Origin: Lophium mytilinum
Taxonomy: Eukaryota
DNA: 64,000 nt
Assembly (NCBI GenBank): GCA_010093605.1
Contig: MU004194.1
Location: forward strand, 378,156 to 442,155
Direction of reading: 5' to 3'
Shown: positions 48,710 to 60,087 of the stretch, one piece after another
Layout of the letters: every line of letters starts with the position of its first letter
Position numbering within the stretch: position 1 is the stretch's first letter
The notes under the pieces: generated by a model
Database searches by the model: none
What the model was told of the DNA's origin: nothing
The model's input: only the letters and a program-made list of their open reading frames with translations
Translations under genes and position numbers: made by a program

Positions 48710-50520
48710 CTAATGCCCATGGCCGTCATCATCCCCGCCCCTCTCCTCGGGATCCAGCTTGATCAGCGTATCAATCCTCATGATAGCTACGCACGCCTCG
48801 ACGGCGCTCTTCAGCTGCTTCACCTTGCTCATGCTAGGCTCCAACACGCCTGCCTTGATCTCGTCGCAGACCTTGCCGTTGACAAGGTCCAGGCCGTAAT
48901 TCTTGTAGTTCTTGGACCTCGCGATGGCCTTTTGGTCTTTGGTGGCTGCGGGGTCGTCGGCAGTCTTTTGGGAAAGTGCGTGACGACTACGCAGCTGGGA
49001 GACGAGTTCTGAAGCATCTTTTGCGGCGTTAACGGCGAGGGTGGTGGGGATGGCGGTGAGAGCGGCGGCAAATGCGCCGATGGAGGATTGTTCGCGGGAT
49101 CCCTGGAGCATGTCAGAATTTTGATACAGTCAGAGAAAGGAGGGTTGGCACTTACAACTGAGGTAGCCCATTCCTCAAGGTAGATGTGAAGGGCTGTCTC
49201 CACCGCTCCTCCGCCGGGTACCACACGACCACTTTCCAGAGTCCGCTTCACAGCAGACAGAGAATCGTGGACTGATCGCTCCATTTCGTCCAACTGGTAG
49301 TCATTCGATCCGCGGAGAATGATGGACGCGGAGGAATGGACCTTGGTACCCTTGACCAAGATGCACTCGTCGTCCGAAATGCGCTCTTGTATCACCTCCT
49401 CTGCCTGTCCGAGCGACGCAGCCTCGAACTTCTCGTCGCCATTCAGATCTGATAATGACGAGATGAGCGTCGCTCCCGTCGCCTTAGCTATCCTCCGCAA
49501 ATCCTCCTTTTTGCATCTCCGTACGGCCATAGCGCCCTTCTCAATAAACATCTTCAAGCACAGCTCATCAATGCCTTTGGTCGTGAGGACCACGTTAGCA
49601 CCCGCCTTGAGAATCATCTCCACTCGATCAATCACAATTCCAGCTTCTCGTTCCCGGATCTTCTCGAGCTGTTGCGGGTCGTCGATAGTGATTTGTACGC
49701 CTAGCTTCATCCGCTCTTTTTGCAGATTTATGTCCAGACACGCTATCTTGGCGTCCTGAACCCGCGTCTTCATGGCCTGGGAGGCGACTGTGCAGTTCAA
49801 CGCATATCCCTTGATCAACATGGACTCGGTAGCGCTCTTGCCGTGTGCCTTGAGGATATTCACGGCCTTGACAGGATATTTGACCTCACCCTTGGTGTTC
49901 GAAGACTTGACGGCCTGCATGGCATCCACAACTAGGCTGGCGAAGAAAGCTGAATCAGACCCGATAATCTTGCTGGACATGGACGTCTTGGCGATATTGA
50001 TCAGACTCTCCCGTCCCAGGGTATCCACCTTTATGCTGATATTCTCGTTCATGTATTTAACCGCCTCGCGGAGCGCCAGCCGGTAGCCTGTGATTATGGT
50101 GGTGGGGTGTATTTTGTTCTTCATGAGCTCGTTTGCCCGCTTCAGCAGCTCCGCCGCTATTATCACCACGGACGTCGTCCCGTCTCCGACCTCCTTGTCC
50201 TGCTGCTGCGCCAGTTCCACTAATATCTTGCCGGCGGGGTGCTCGACGTCAAGCAGACTGAGGATAGTGGCGCCGTCGTTCGTGACGGTGACGTCGCCAA
50301 TGTCGTCCACCATCATCTTGTCCAGTCCTGAGGGCCCGAACGAGGACTTCACTATGTTGGCGATCGCGGTCGTTGCAAGAACATTTTGGTCGCGGATGTC
50401 CTGACCACTGATCTTTTCGCCTCCAAGGACTGCGGATTATTAGCAATAGTCTCTCACTGAGAGCTTGGGATAGTTACAGAGGGTGCCGGCGTTCCGTTGC
50501 TGCTCAAATATGCCTGCCAT
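48710..50520 (-). CDS. CCT1: Chaperonin CCT/TRiC subunit alpha
   Basis: [51 protein letters not shown]. Introns about 50476..50430 and 49155..49103. Confidence 0.97.
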
Positions 50521-50927
50521 GGTGATTGTAGGTGGGGTATTGGTGTATATGGAGCTGGTGCCTCTATCCAGACGCGACAGGTTGAGAAAATCAACGCGAA
50601 TCGGCGAAAGTATTCGCCGGCGCACCGCCACCAAGCAAATCAACAGTGGCTGAGCTCTCTGCCCCACGTGCCCCACCAACGTCTCGTTGACTCTTTAGGA
50701 CCGCGTTTGTGACTGTCCTGTCCTGTCAACCTCACTCCAATTGCCACTCACTTCCGTCAACTACAGGCGCGTCCTGGTGAGTATCCTGCTGCGCATTCAT
50801 TCCTGCCCACAGACCCCACTGACTCATCCCACCAGGGCAGCGATTTAAGGCGCCGTCGCTCGCACACGATCCATCGCAAACAATTCCTCCCAAAGAACCT
50901 CAAGCTTCGCGAAGCCTCACCTACGCC
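50521..50927. promoter_or_regulatory. Compact bidirectional promoter/leader region of CCT1 and ProRS
   Basis: 407 bp between divergent ATGs. Inverted repeat CGGCGAA-N4-TTCGCCG 50602-50619; HomolD-like TGTGACTG 50708-50715; TGACTCA 50820-50826; leader intron 50777..50835. Confidence 0.55.
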
Positions 50928-52923
50928 ATGGCCACCGACGAAGAACAAGTGAAAGGCCTCTCCATCTCGGAGCCGGTCTCAGAGGCGATCCAGGAGGCGG
51001 TTCAGAAGCGCGAGCCGAAGCCTAAGAAAGAGCCCAAGCCGCCAAAAGAGAAGAAACCCCAGCAGCAGAAGAAGAAAACTGAGGTAGGTTTTGTAGACCG
51101 CGATGCCATGAACATACGCTGACTTGGACACACAAAGGGCGCCGCGCTCATTGGCATTGACGTGAACAAGGAAGTTGACGTTAGTATCCTCCGACATGCG
51201 CAATGCATATTGCACTTCACTCAATGATCTATTTTACTCAATAACACAAACAGCTTGGAGAATGGTACCAGCAAGTCATCACCAAGGGAGGTATGATCTC
51301 CTATTATGATGTTGCTGGCTGTTATATCCTCGAACCCGGAAGCTACGCCATCTGGGAGTCTATCAAGGACTTCTTTGACAAGAAGATCAAGACCCTGAAA
51401 GTCAAGAACTGCTATTTCCCAATCTTCATTAGTGCCGAGAACTTGGAGCGGGAGAAGGAACACATCGAAGGCTTCGCTGCTGAGGTCGCCTGGGTCACCA
51501 AGGGAGGCAAGAGCATCCTCGAGAAGCCCGTCGCCGTTCGCCCAACTTCCGAGACCGCCATGTACCCTTACTTCGCCGACAAGATTCAATCGTACCGGGA
51601 CCTCCCCCTCAAGCTAAACCAGTGGAACAATGTGGTCCGTTGGGAATTCAAGCACCCCATGCCGTTCATTCGGAGTCGCGAGTTTCTCTGGCAGGAGGGT
51701 CACACTGCTCATCTCACCAAGGAAGAGGCGGGTGTCGAAGTCTTGCAGATCCTAGACTGGTATGCCGATGTATACCAGGAGCTTCTCGCTGTCCCGGTGG
51801 TCAAGGGAACCAAGACTGAGAACGAGAAGTTCCCCGGAGCTGACTACACAACGTAACCCGTCCACAGTAGCTCACTCATACGATGCAGGTTGCTGACACA
51901 TGGTAGCACAATCGAAGGCTTCATTCCTGCCACCGGACGAGGTAAGCTCGATGTTGGGACATAACCGCGATATATACTGATCCCTCGTAGGCATCCAAGC
52001 AGCAACTAGCCATTGCCTGGGTCAACATTTCTCCAGGATGTTCAAGATCACCGTTGAGGATCCCGCGGCAAAAGAGGCTGGAAAGTCTGAGAAGATCCAC
52101 GTGTGGCAGAACAGCTGGGGATTGACTACTCGGAGCATTGGTGTCATGATCTTAGTTCATAGCGACAATCGTGGCCTCGTCATCCCTCCGAGAGTGGCAG
52201 AGGTGCAAGTTGTGATCGTCCCCGTTGGAGGCAAGTATCAAAGTATCAAAATCATGACCTCTCAACTAACGAGTAGTAGTTACGGCGAAGATGACCCCGG
52301 AAAATAAGGAGAAGCTGTATAGGGAAGTTGACGCCATTGCCGAAGTCCTGAAGGACGCTGGCGTACGAGTTGAGACAGACTTCCGCGAGGGCTACTCTCC
52401 GGGCTGGAAGTTCAACGACTGGGAACTGAAGGGCATTCCCCTCCGGATCGAGTTCGGTCCGAAGGACTCGGAGCGCCACGTTGTGACTACCTCCCGCCGC
52501 GATATCGACAACAAGGACGAAGCGCGCGGCGAGACCGCCATTTCCGACCTCAAGGACGCTATCCCAGCGCTCCTAGAGACTATTCAGTCTGACATGTTCA
52601 AGAAGGCTGACTCCGAGTACCGTGCGCACCGAGTCGAGATCAAGGAGTGGGACGGCTTCGTGCCGGCGCTGAACGACAAGAACGTCGTGCTTTCACCGCA
52701 TTGCCACGGAAACAAGTGCGAGGACGAGATCAAAGACATGAGCGCCCGCAAAGAAGCAGGCGATAACACAGCCGTTGACTCGAAGGCACCGGCCATGGGC
52801 GCCAAGACCCTGTGCATTCCGTTCGAGCAGCCGGCGGGCATCGTCGAAGGCGAGACGAAGTGCATCAACCCGAACTGCACAGGTCTTGCCAAATCATGGG
52901 TGCTATTTGGTCGCAGCTATTAG
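50928..52923 (+). CDS. Prolyl-tRNA synthetase, eukaryote/archaeal type
   Basis: [88 protein letters not shown] end. Five coding introns. Confidence 0.97.
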
Positions 52924-53765
52924 TGGATCGGCATAGCGAGCGGTGTATGGACATGGGAAAAGAGTCTTGTGTTCTCAAAGGATGTCTTTTTGACGGCATG
53001 TACGCAGATGCAAAGCGTGTCACGAATATTGAGCGATTCAGCTAGGTCAAGGAAGCCAGGTACCAGGTTAGGTAGGCGTCACGACTGCAGGACGGAAAAT
53101 CAATGAAATCAGGATGGAAACCAGCGTATGCTTCAAACCTCTCGTAGAGCTGTCTAGCCCACATTGATGCATGTTTGGCTGTACAATTGCATCCAATCCA
53201 TTCCGAATAGTCTTCTTTTTTGAACTGATTTGTGATTTGACATGACCTTCTACCTAGTCTCGAACTTCCTTCACCTAGCCAGCTTTCAGACGACCCCTAG
53301 CAAGCTTTTAAGCAAATATCCGACACGAATGATGGTTGCATAATCAGCTCCCCAGCCCCTTCCCACTCCAATTAAGCCTATTCTGCACCAGCGTGCTTCC
53401 CTCACGTCCATTCATGCAAGAACCATTCGGTAGGTCAAAGGATTACACGTTGATTCCGCTTTCCCCTCTGCACTCCCCATCATCATCTCGAGCCACGCCG
53501 CAAACCCGCACGCACTCTCATTACCTTACCTATCCCCAACCCCAAAACGCCAATCGAGAAGACCGATTAGGTAGCATCCCGGCACCAAGAAACCAGGCAG
53601 CAGAAGAACCCCACCGACCCCAAAGCCCAAACCCATTCGCCCGCTGAAACGCTGTAGACCTCCCATAAAAGCCAAAAAGATATCCCGCCAGATAAGAAGG
53701 ATAGAGAGAGCAAATAACACGCAGATGAGCCTCCAGAAATAATACAAGCATTAGAAGGCCTCCCC

Positions 53766-56700
53766 TCAATGCACCTCTTCAACCTCACTAAGCCACCGCC
53801 TAATCCCGTCCTTCAGTGTCGACTCCGCCGACATCTTCCCGCCGCTCCTCGTAGTCCATTCCCGTGGGAACCCCAACCCCGGGGCCGCCCGCTCGGCGGT
53901 GACGCTCTTGACGACCTGCTCCAGCGCGCTGAAGACGAGCTGTCTGCATTCACCGCGGGGAATCTCGAGCCCCGGTGCAGCGTCAGACCCAGACCTGCGA
54001 TCGCGTCGCCCGCGTCTCGAGCTCGACCGCGACGAAGAGGCAGAGTCGTTTCGCGACGGCTGTCCGCTCTGCGCAAGCACCCGCTCCACGGCATCAACGA
54101 AGACGCCGTCGAAGTCGGAGACAGGCTCCTCAATGAACTCTTCCTGGATTCTGCGCTCCATGGGCGAGGGCGGGAGGGCGGTGGACTGTGAGTATGGGTT
54201 GCCGTACTGCGAGCGCTGGGAACTGTTGAAGCCAGGGGTGGCGGGGGCTTGGGCCGGGGTGGGCAGGATCTGCACTTCGCGGCGGAGGCGGATGCGCTTG
54301 ACGGTGAAGGTGCTTGTGTCAGCGACGAGGGCGCTGCAGACCTCGACCCAGCGCTTCACAGGGCCTTGCTCGATTGTTGGGGTGGCGGCGGAGGACGTGG
54401 GGGTTGGTTCGGCGCTCATTGCGCGCTTGAGGTCTTCTTTGAGGTTTGCGTAGGGCTTGACGCTCTGGAGGGCGAAGTCGGGGTGGAATTGGCTAAGCCA
54501 TCCGGCTACGTTGACAGGCTGCTCGGTTTCTCGGTGGGCAACTGAAAAGAAGGAAGACTGGCCGAAGCTCGATCCCTCTAGGCTTGAGTTTGAGTTGTAT
54601 CCTGCCAGTATAGGGGATTGGAGAGGAGACCCGAATTCCGGTAGAGGGATGTCGACATCAATGATGCCATCCTTCTCGTTGACGGATAGCTTCAAAGGTG
54701 AATCGTATGCTCTAGGTCTTTCAGGGATATCTCTAGCGGCAGACGGTTGAACGCCACTTGATCCAATGGGCCGTTGCTCTGGGGAGCTATCAGCGGTGTT
54801 GCCAACGGACGAATCGAAAATCTCGATTTCATCCCCGTCGAGACGAACTCCGCTTTGGAGCTCGTGCACCATTTGCTCAAGTGCGTTCATCTGTTTCCGA
54901 GGGGAAAGCGGAGTAGATTTCTTGTATCCCACACCAGTTATGCCCAGTCCATCATCAGTCGACTGCAGAATGTCACTCTGATCAGTTGAGGAGCTTCTGC
55001 GGGGACCTCCCCAAAAGCTTATCAAGCTACCCCATCGACTTGCGGATTGCGAGTCAGTGCTAGGGCTACTAACGTGCCCGCTGGTACTTCTCTGAAGGGT
55101 CTGCATCAGATTTGTTGACGCGAGACTATCACTACTGCCCGGACGATTTTCTGCGCCCGTGTCATAGGAGGGTGTACGTGGAACAGTGAAGTGAGCCACA
55201 GGCAGGGCTGCGTCAGATGTGACCGTGGACGTAGTTGCCGCGCTACTGGCAGTAGTATTCGTACTATCCGACATGGAAGGAATTACGAGGCTAGTCCGAA
55301 TTGACCTCGCTGAAGGCTGTCGAGAGTGTCGCGGACGAAGAGATTCTGCAGGCGGAAGGTGCAATTCAGGCTTATCATCAGCAGACTCTAGTGTCGAGAG
55401 ACTGTTCCCCTTTGCTCCCGTCGGCTGCTGCCGCATATTTGTGTAGCTTTGCTTGCCCCTCCTGTTGATAGTCCTACGCAGCGACTGCTGCCTCGAGACC
55501 GGCATATTCGATGGCGGTGACTGGGAATACGCGCGGAAAGATGCCGATGTGCTCGGCCGCAAGGATGCCATCTCATCGGACAGCGCATGCGACGAGGACG
55601 GCATGAAGGCAGCCAGAAGGAAGATCAGTCTCCGAGAAACCATCTTGCTGTCCGAGATGATCACGGTTCGGCTCGAGATTGTTAGATCGTTGCCCGCCGT
55701 CGAGCGTTGCTGCTCGCGATGTCGCCTTCGATACCATTTAGGGCCCAGAATGTTCAGCCATTCAGTATGGTTTCCGAGGAACGCCGTCAGGAGTTTAAAG
55801 AAGAAGAAATCTTGGTCGCGACCGCCTGCCATCTTTTCAAGCAATCGAGCCTCCTCTCGCCAGACGCCCCATCGCCCCTGGCCGGTTACGACGCGAGGTA
55901 TTCTCATCCCGCGGACGACTCTATCTCCTGCTAGTTCCACCGCCGCCTTGATGTCCTTATCGAAAGCCAGCACATTAGGTTTCAGATTCAGATATCGGCG
56001 TGTTTGAGGTGGTGGGGCATGCTGGTTCACTAATCGCCCAGCCTGAACGCGCGGCTGTTGAAATATGGGTGGAGAGCCAACATCTGCACCTTTGAAATGG
56101 GCCAGGATTCTGTCGTGGACGACCGACTGGAGACTCGTCAAAGTGCGAGTAATGACGTCCATATGCTGGCCAATAACGTCGACACGGTCATCGACATCGC
56201 TGCTCAAAGACGCAGAAAGGAGCGAGTCTACTCCAAAGTTGGAGTCGACGACAGTCCATCCAGCACGTCTATCTGAGTCGAGAGACGAGCCTAGGGAGTC
56301 GTGGCCCGGAGCTGAGCCCGAAGTTTGGGTTCCGAGGCGCTGATTTACTATGCCGGGCCGAGACGGAGGTCGAGGAAGGGTAGGAGGAGACACTGGCAAA
56401 TGTATGATGATAGTAATGGCATACATAGGCGTCTTAACTCTCCTCGGTGGATGCGCTGCTCTACCGCCGTGTGTTGAAGGAGGAAATGGAAAGCCATTCC
56501 CTTTGCCAAGAGAGTTCTGCGGAGTAGGAGTTCGCGTGTTCGTTGTATCTATTGTATGCTCCTCTTCGGGGGGTTCGACAGAGAAGGTCCGAGTGATGAG
56601 AACTGTCCGTCGTCTGGGCTCTCGCTGGGTAGAATCATGGACTTCAGCTACAGACTGCGGCAGCTCGGAGGGGGGGTTTGAGGGTGTATAGGACTTGGCG

Positions 56701-57449
56701 AGGTGGCTCTTTCTGCGACCTTCAGCTCTCCCGAAAGAGCTCGTGCCATCATACATGTGCGGGCTGGCCGTGGATGGCTCGACTTGACGCGGCTCCAACG
56801 GGACAATGTGGAGCTTGTTGCTTGGACCTCTGTAGGCCATTGGGGTGTTGCCAAACATGCAGTCCAGACATATCTGCATCAAGTCTGCCGACTCCTTTGT
56901 TCGGCCCTGCGTGTGCTCGTCGATGTTGGGCATGGAGGATATAGAAGATCCACGCCCGCGGGCACGCTGAAAAGCACCGACAGTAGGCGATCTTGGGGTG
57001 GCAGTCTCGGTCACAAGGGAGGCTCTACGAGCGTGTGAGCCACCAAATGTAGGACCGGCAGTGCTAGAGCCAGAGTTTGGGCCAAAGAGTCTTGTTCGAG
57101 GATTGGCGTGTGTAGGTGATTCGGCACGCGTAAGTCCTGGCTTCGAGTCGAATAGGACAGTCTTGGGCATGGTCCCTGATTCATCTTGGGCTATTATGAT
57201 GCGTATATCTCTTGACTGCTCCAGGTCAATCTCTCCTTGAGCACCATCGAAAGCACTATTCGCTGGGAGGTTCGCGAGTGGGGACCCATTGAGGGTGCTG
57301 TATTGCCAGTCGGTCTGGTGAAGCGTGGCGGCGTCTGGGAAAAGGAGATTACGCGTGTGGATATCGTCGGTGGTCGACTCGAGCTGGGAGGACTGTCGAG
57401 GGGGCCCTCGGCGCGAGGGATTGATAGAGTGGAGGAGTTGGCCGAGCAT
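53766..57449 (-). CDS. LST4: Folliculin-interacting protein (FNIP/Lst4 family)
   Basis: Intronless 1227 aa. Longin-like blocks DIRIIIAQD..LFDS, CMFGNTPMAYRG..KLH, VLITRTF and YAITIII; DENN-like FFFKLLTAFL and RTVIISD..RRLIFLLAAFM. Confidence 0.8.
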   Translation of the reverse strand: MLGQLLHSINPSRRGPPRQSSQLESTTDDIHTRNLLFPDAATLHQTDWQYSTLNGSPLANLPANSAFDGAQGEIDLEQSRDIRIIIAQDESGTMPKTVLFDSKPGLTRAESPTHANPRTRLFGPNSGSSTAGPTFGGSHARRASLVTETATPRSPTVGAFQRARGRGSSISSMPNIDEHTQGRTKESADLMQICLDCMFGNTPMAYRGPSNKLHIVPLEPRQVEPSTASPHMYDGTSSFGRAEGRRKSHLAKSYTPSNPPSELPQSVAEVHDSTQREPRRRTVLITRTFSVEPPEEEHTIDTTNTRTPTPQNSLGKGNGFPFPPSTHGGRAAHPPRRVKTPMYAITIIIHLPVSPPTLPRPPSRPGIVNQRLGTQTSGSAPGHDSLGSSLDSDRRAGWTVVDSNFGVDSLLSASLSSDVDDRVDVIGQHMDVITRTLTSLQSVVHDRILAHFKGADVGSPPIFQQPRVQAGRLVNQHAPPPQTRRYLNLKPNVLAFDKDIKAAVELAGDRVVRGMRIPRVVTGQGRWGVWREEARLLEKMAGGRDQDFFFFKLLTAFLGNHTEWLNILGPKWYRRRHREQQRSTAGNDLTISSRTVIISDSKMVSRRLIFLLAAFMPSSSHALSDEMASLRPSTSASFRAYSQSPPSNMPVSRQQSLRRTINRRGKQSYTNMRQQPTGAKGNSLSTLESADDKPELHLPPAESLRPRHSRQPSARSIRTSLVIPSMSDSTNTTASSAATTSTVTSDAALPVAHFTVPRTPSYDTGAENRPGSSDSLASTNLMQTLQRSTSGHVSSPSTDSQSASRWGSLISFWGGPRRSSSTDQSDILQSTDDGLGITGVGYKKSTPLSPRKQMNALEQMVHELQSGVRLDGDEIEIFDSSVGNTADSSPEQRPIGSSGVQPSAARDIPERPRAYDSPLKLSVNEKDGIIDVDIPLPEFGSPLQSPILAGYNSNSSLEGSSFGQSSFFSVAHRETEQPVNVAGWLSQFHPDFALQSVKPYANLKEDLKRAMSAEPTPTSSAATPTIEQGPVKRWVEVCSALVADTSTFTVKRIRLRREVQILPTPAQAPATPGFNSSQRSQYGNPYSQSTALPPSPMERRIQEEFIEEPVSDFDGVFVDAVERVLAQSGQPSRNDSASSSRSSSRRGRRDRRSGSDAAPGLEIPRGECRQLVFSALEQVVKSVTAERAAPGLGFPREWTTRSGGKMSAESTLKDGIRRWLSEVEEVH

Positions 57450-57960
57450 GTTCGCGCGTGCCTCAATGCCTCAATCCATATAAGTCTTAGCAGGCGTTCG
57501 GCCAGTCAACACTAATGTTGGGGGAGGCCTGCTGGCGGACGCCCATGGCCAAATCGCGGGAGCACGAGAGCAGTGGGATCGCGTTGTGGTGAAGGAAGGT
57601 CCGGAGCAGTGGGGCGGACAATGGTATGCAGGGCGAGGCACACAATGCAGAGCCTACTGGAGAGGCAGTGAGGTGTGCTGGAGAGGGTTGGGAGGAGAGC
57701 ACAGCGAATTGGTAAGTAGTGAGTGTTGAGTGGTGAAGGATTTGGGCAGTGCGGGACCGACGTCAAGCTTTCATCGGGGCTTCTCGGCGCCTCTTGCCTA
57801 AGAGATGCGGTGAGCAGTGAAAGACCGGGGAGGAATGGCGGGGGCCCTGTCGCTGTATTTCTTTTTGCCAACGCCCGGATGAGCTGCACGGGAGCGACCC
57901 GTTGCGGGCTGACTGCGTCACCGCCAGCTCAATAGCCAGTCGACAGCGTGGTGGTGAGTG

Positions 57961-57981
57961 CTGTTGCTGCTGCTGCTGCTG
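57961..57981 (-). repeat. (CAG)n-type trinucleotide microsatellite
   Basis: + strand ctgttgctgctgctgctgctg. Confidence 0.75.
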
Positions 57982-60087
57982 CCACATGCCCACATTGCCA
58001 TCTCTGGTGAAGCATGCGGATCGAACATGTCGACGTGCTGATCCGCAGCAGCAACCGCGAAGAGCTTCAACGCTGGCGATCCTTTGCAGCCGACGGCCCA
58101 GGGACAACGGCTGCCGAGTAAGGAGCCTGGGACCTGGAGTCCGGAGTACATACGCAGCTCAAGTCGCCCAGAGATAGGAAGCCACCGGAGGAGTCTGTAT
58201 GGAAAGATGGGGATGCCCTGCTCGCTCAACCCATGCGCGACGAGCCATCACACATCAATCCGCATCCTGAGCAACACTCTCATCCATCAGCATCCGTCAC
58301 CTCGCGGCTCACGAGTGCGGTGGGACGGCCCGCGGGCATGCCGTCTGCCTGCCGTCCTAGAGCCACGCTCGTCGTATGGCAACGGCCGGCTATTTGCAGT
58401 CTGTGACAGCCGCCGCTGCTGCCTGTCCGAAAGCGAGCGCGGTGGGCTTGGAGATGTCCCTTTTCTGCGGGTTGCACGCCGGCCTGCAACCTGTGGTGCT
58501 CCGCATTGGGCGACATTCACCCTGGACCCTCGTCGCCCAGGATCAGCCCTCAAATGCTCCCTCCGAGTTCCAGCCGTGCGGCTGACGAAGAAGCTAGACG
58601 ACATGCTGAGCAGTCTGGTCTGGTCTGCGCACACATCACTGTGGTACTTGGATTGTAATAACAGCCAATAGATATATGTACACTGCTTCACCACAGCATG
58701 AGGTGCTTCGATATGTTTTTAGACTTGGACGAAGATGAAGATCAGTAAACAGACAATGCTGACGGCACCAGAGACATCTCATTATGCTAATACGACAGCA
58801 ATTGCCGGTCCACCGAATGCATTACAACCAAGACAAGGGCAATCTGCTACGCGCAGATCGAGCAGCTTTGCCGATGTGATAGATGCAAGGCTGCAGGTCT
58901 CGTCGCGCCTCTTGGAGCCCAACCGTCAGACATAAACAAGTCCACTACCGACGATCGGCTACCCTGGCATCTAGAACAGATCTCATCGATGTCTGGACTT
59001 CAATCGAGTAGAGCACCTGCCAGGGTGTGTAGCAGAAGGGGAAACATTCCATGTCGTTGCAAGAGTTTCTGCGGAGTACATGCTGCAGTAGTCCCAACAA
59101 AGCCTCCCCCTCAATCGCCATCCACATTACTCCCGTCCAATCAATCACAGCCATTATGGCTAACTTCATGCACGAGCACCCATTCCGAGACCTTTACGCG
59201 CCCGATACCGGTCCTTGGCAGTCACGAGGGGGAGGTCATGCATGTGAGAGAGAGCCTTGCGAAGAAGTGTGACACGCTGGAACCTAAGCCACCTCCGCCG
59301 AACTTGGTTAGTTCGCAGGCGACCTTCTCACTCTCTCTAGTGCCTCATGGACTTTGGTATACCTGTCTATCACTGTTGGTGATGCTCCAGCTGGAATTCA
59401 GGTATCGAACACAGTCTCAGAACCGCAATTTGAAGAACCGATAACTCGCTGAGCCCCCTTGGACAGTGGAAAGGGTTGTCCACAGAACGGTGTCCTTGCG
59501 CTCACGCCTTCACCCTGTCTACGCACCGACAGCATATGCGTATTTGATACTGCGAAGGTAGGAGGACCAACGATCAATCTAGTTGAATTGGAGACACCAC
59601 GTGATCAATATCCCGTACAACTCCTCGACACTAGAAGTACTCTAGAACAGGACTCCATGTATCTCAAAGCACACACAGGTCATTCTGCCAAGCTATCGCC
59701 AACCCTGCCGTGTGACCATCTAACCGTTCGTGCATTACCGGGCACGGGAAGACGCAGGTCCACGTTTGATCCACGGTCCACCAGCGCATCGCTGATAAGA
59801 GTTTGTGTGATGTGATAGCTGACGCAATGTTGCACAATCGGCGATGTTCGAGCATCATTAGACTGTTGGGCAGTTACGCTTGTCGTAGCAGCAGATGCGT
59901 CCTGATGGTCCGAATATTGAAAAAAGGAAATTGGTAAATAGTATAATGCTACAAAGTTAAAGTCTGAAATTAAGAGAATGGGGGATATCATAAATCACAA
60001 GACGCTCACGTGGAGTAAAAAACAATCCATTGCCGCTTCAGTGACAAACCGAATAGGGCTTGTCCGCTTCATTTGAGACGCAACAGC

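Noticed and set aside
58084..59815. 195, 151 and 118 aa plus-strand ORFs between LST4 and IML1
   Set aside because: Composition typical of non-coding GC-rich DNA, no domains and weak starts; a small gene cannot be fully excluded without RNA data.
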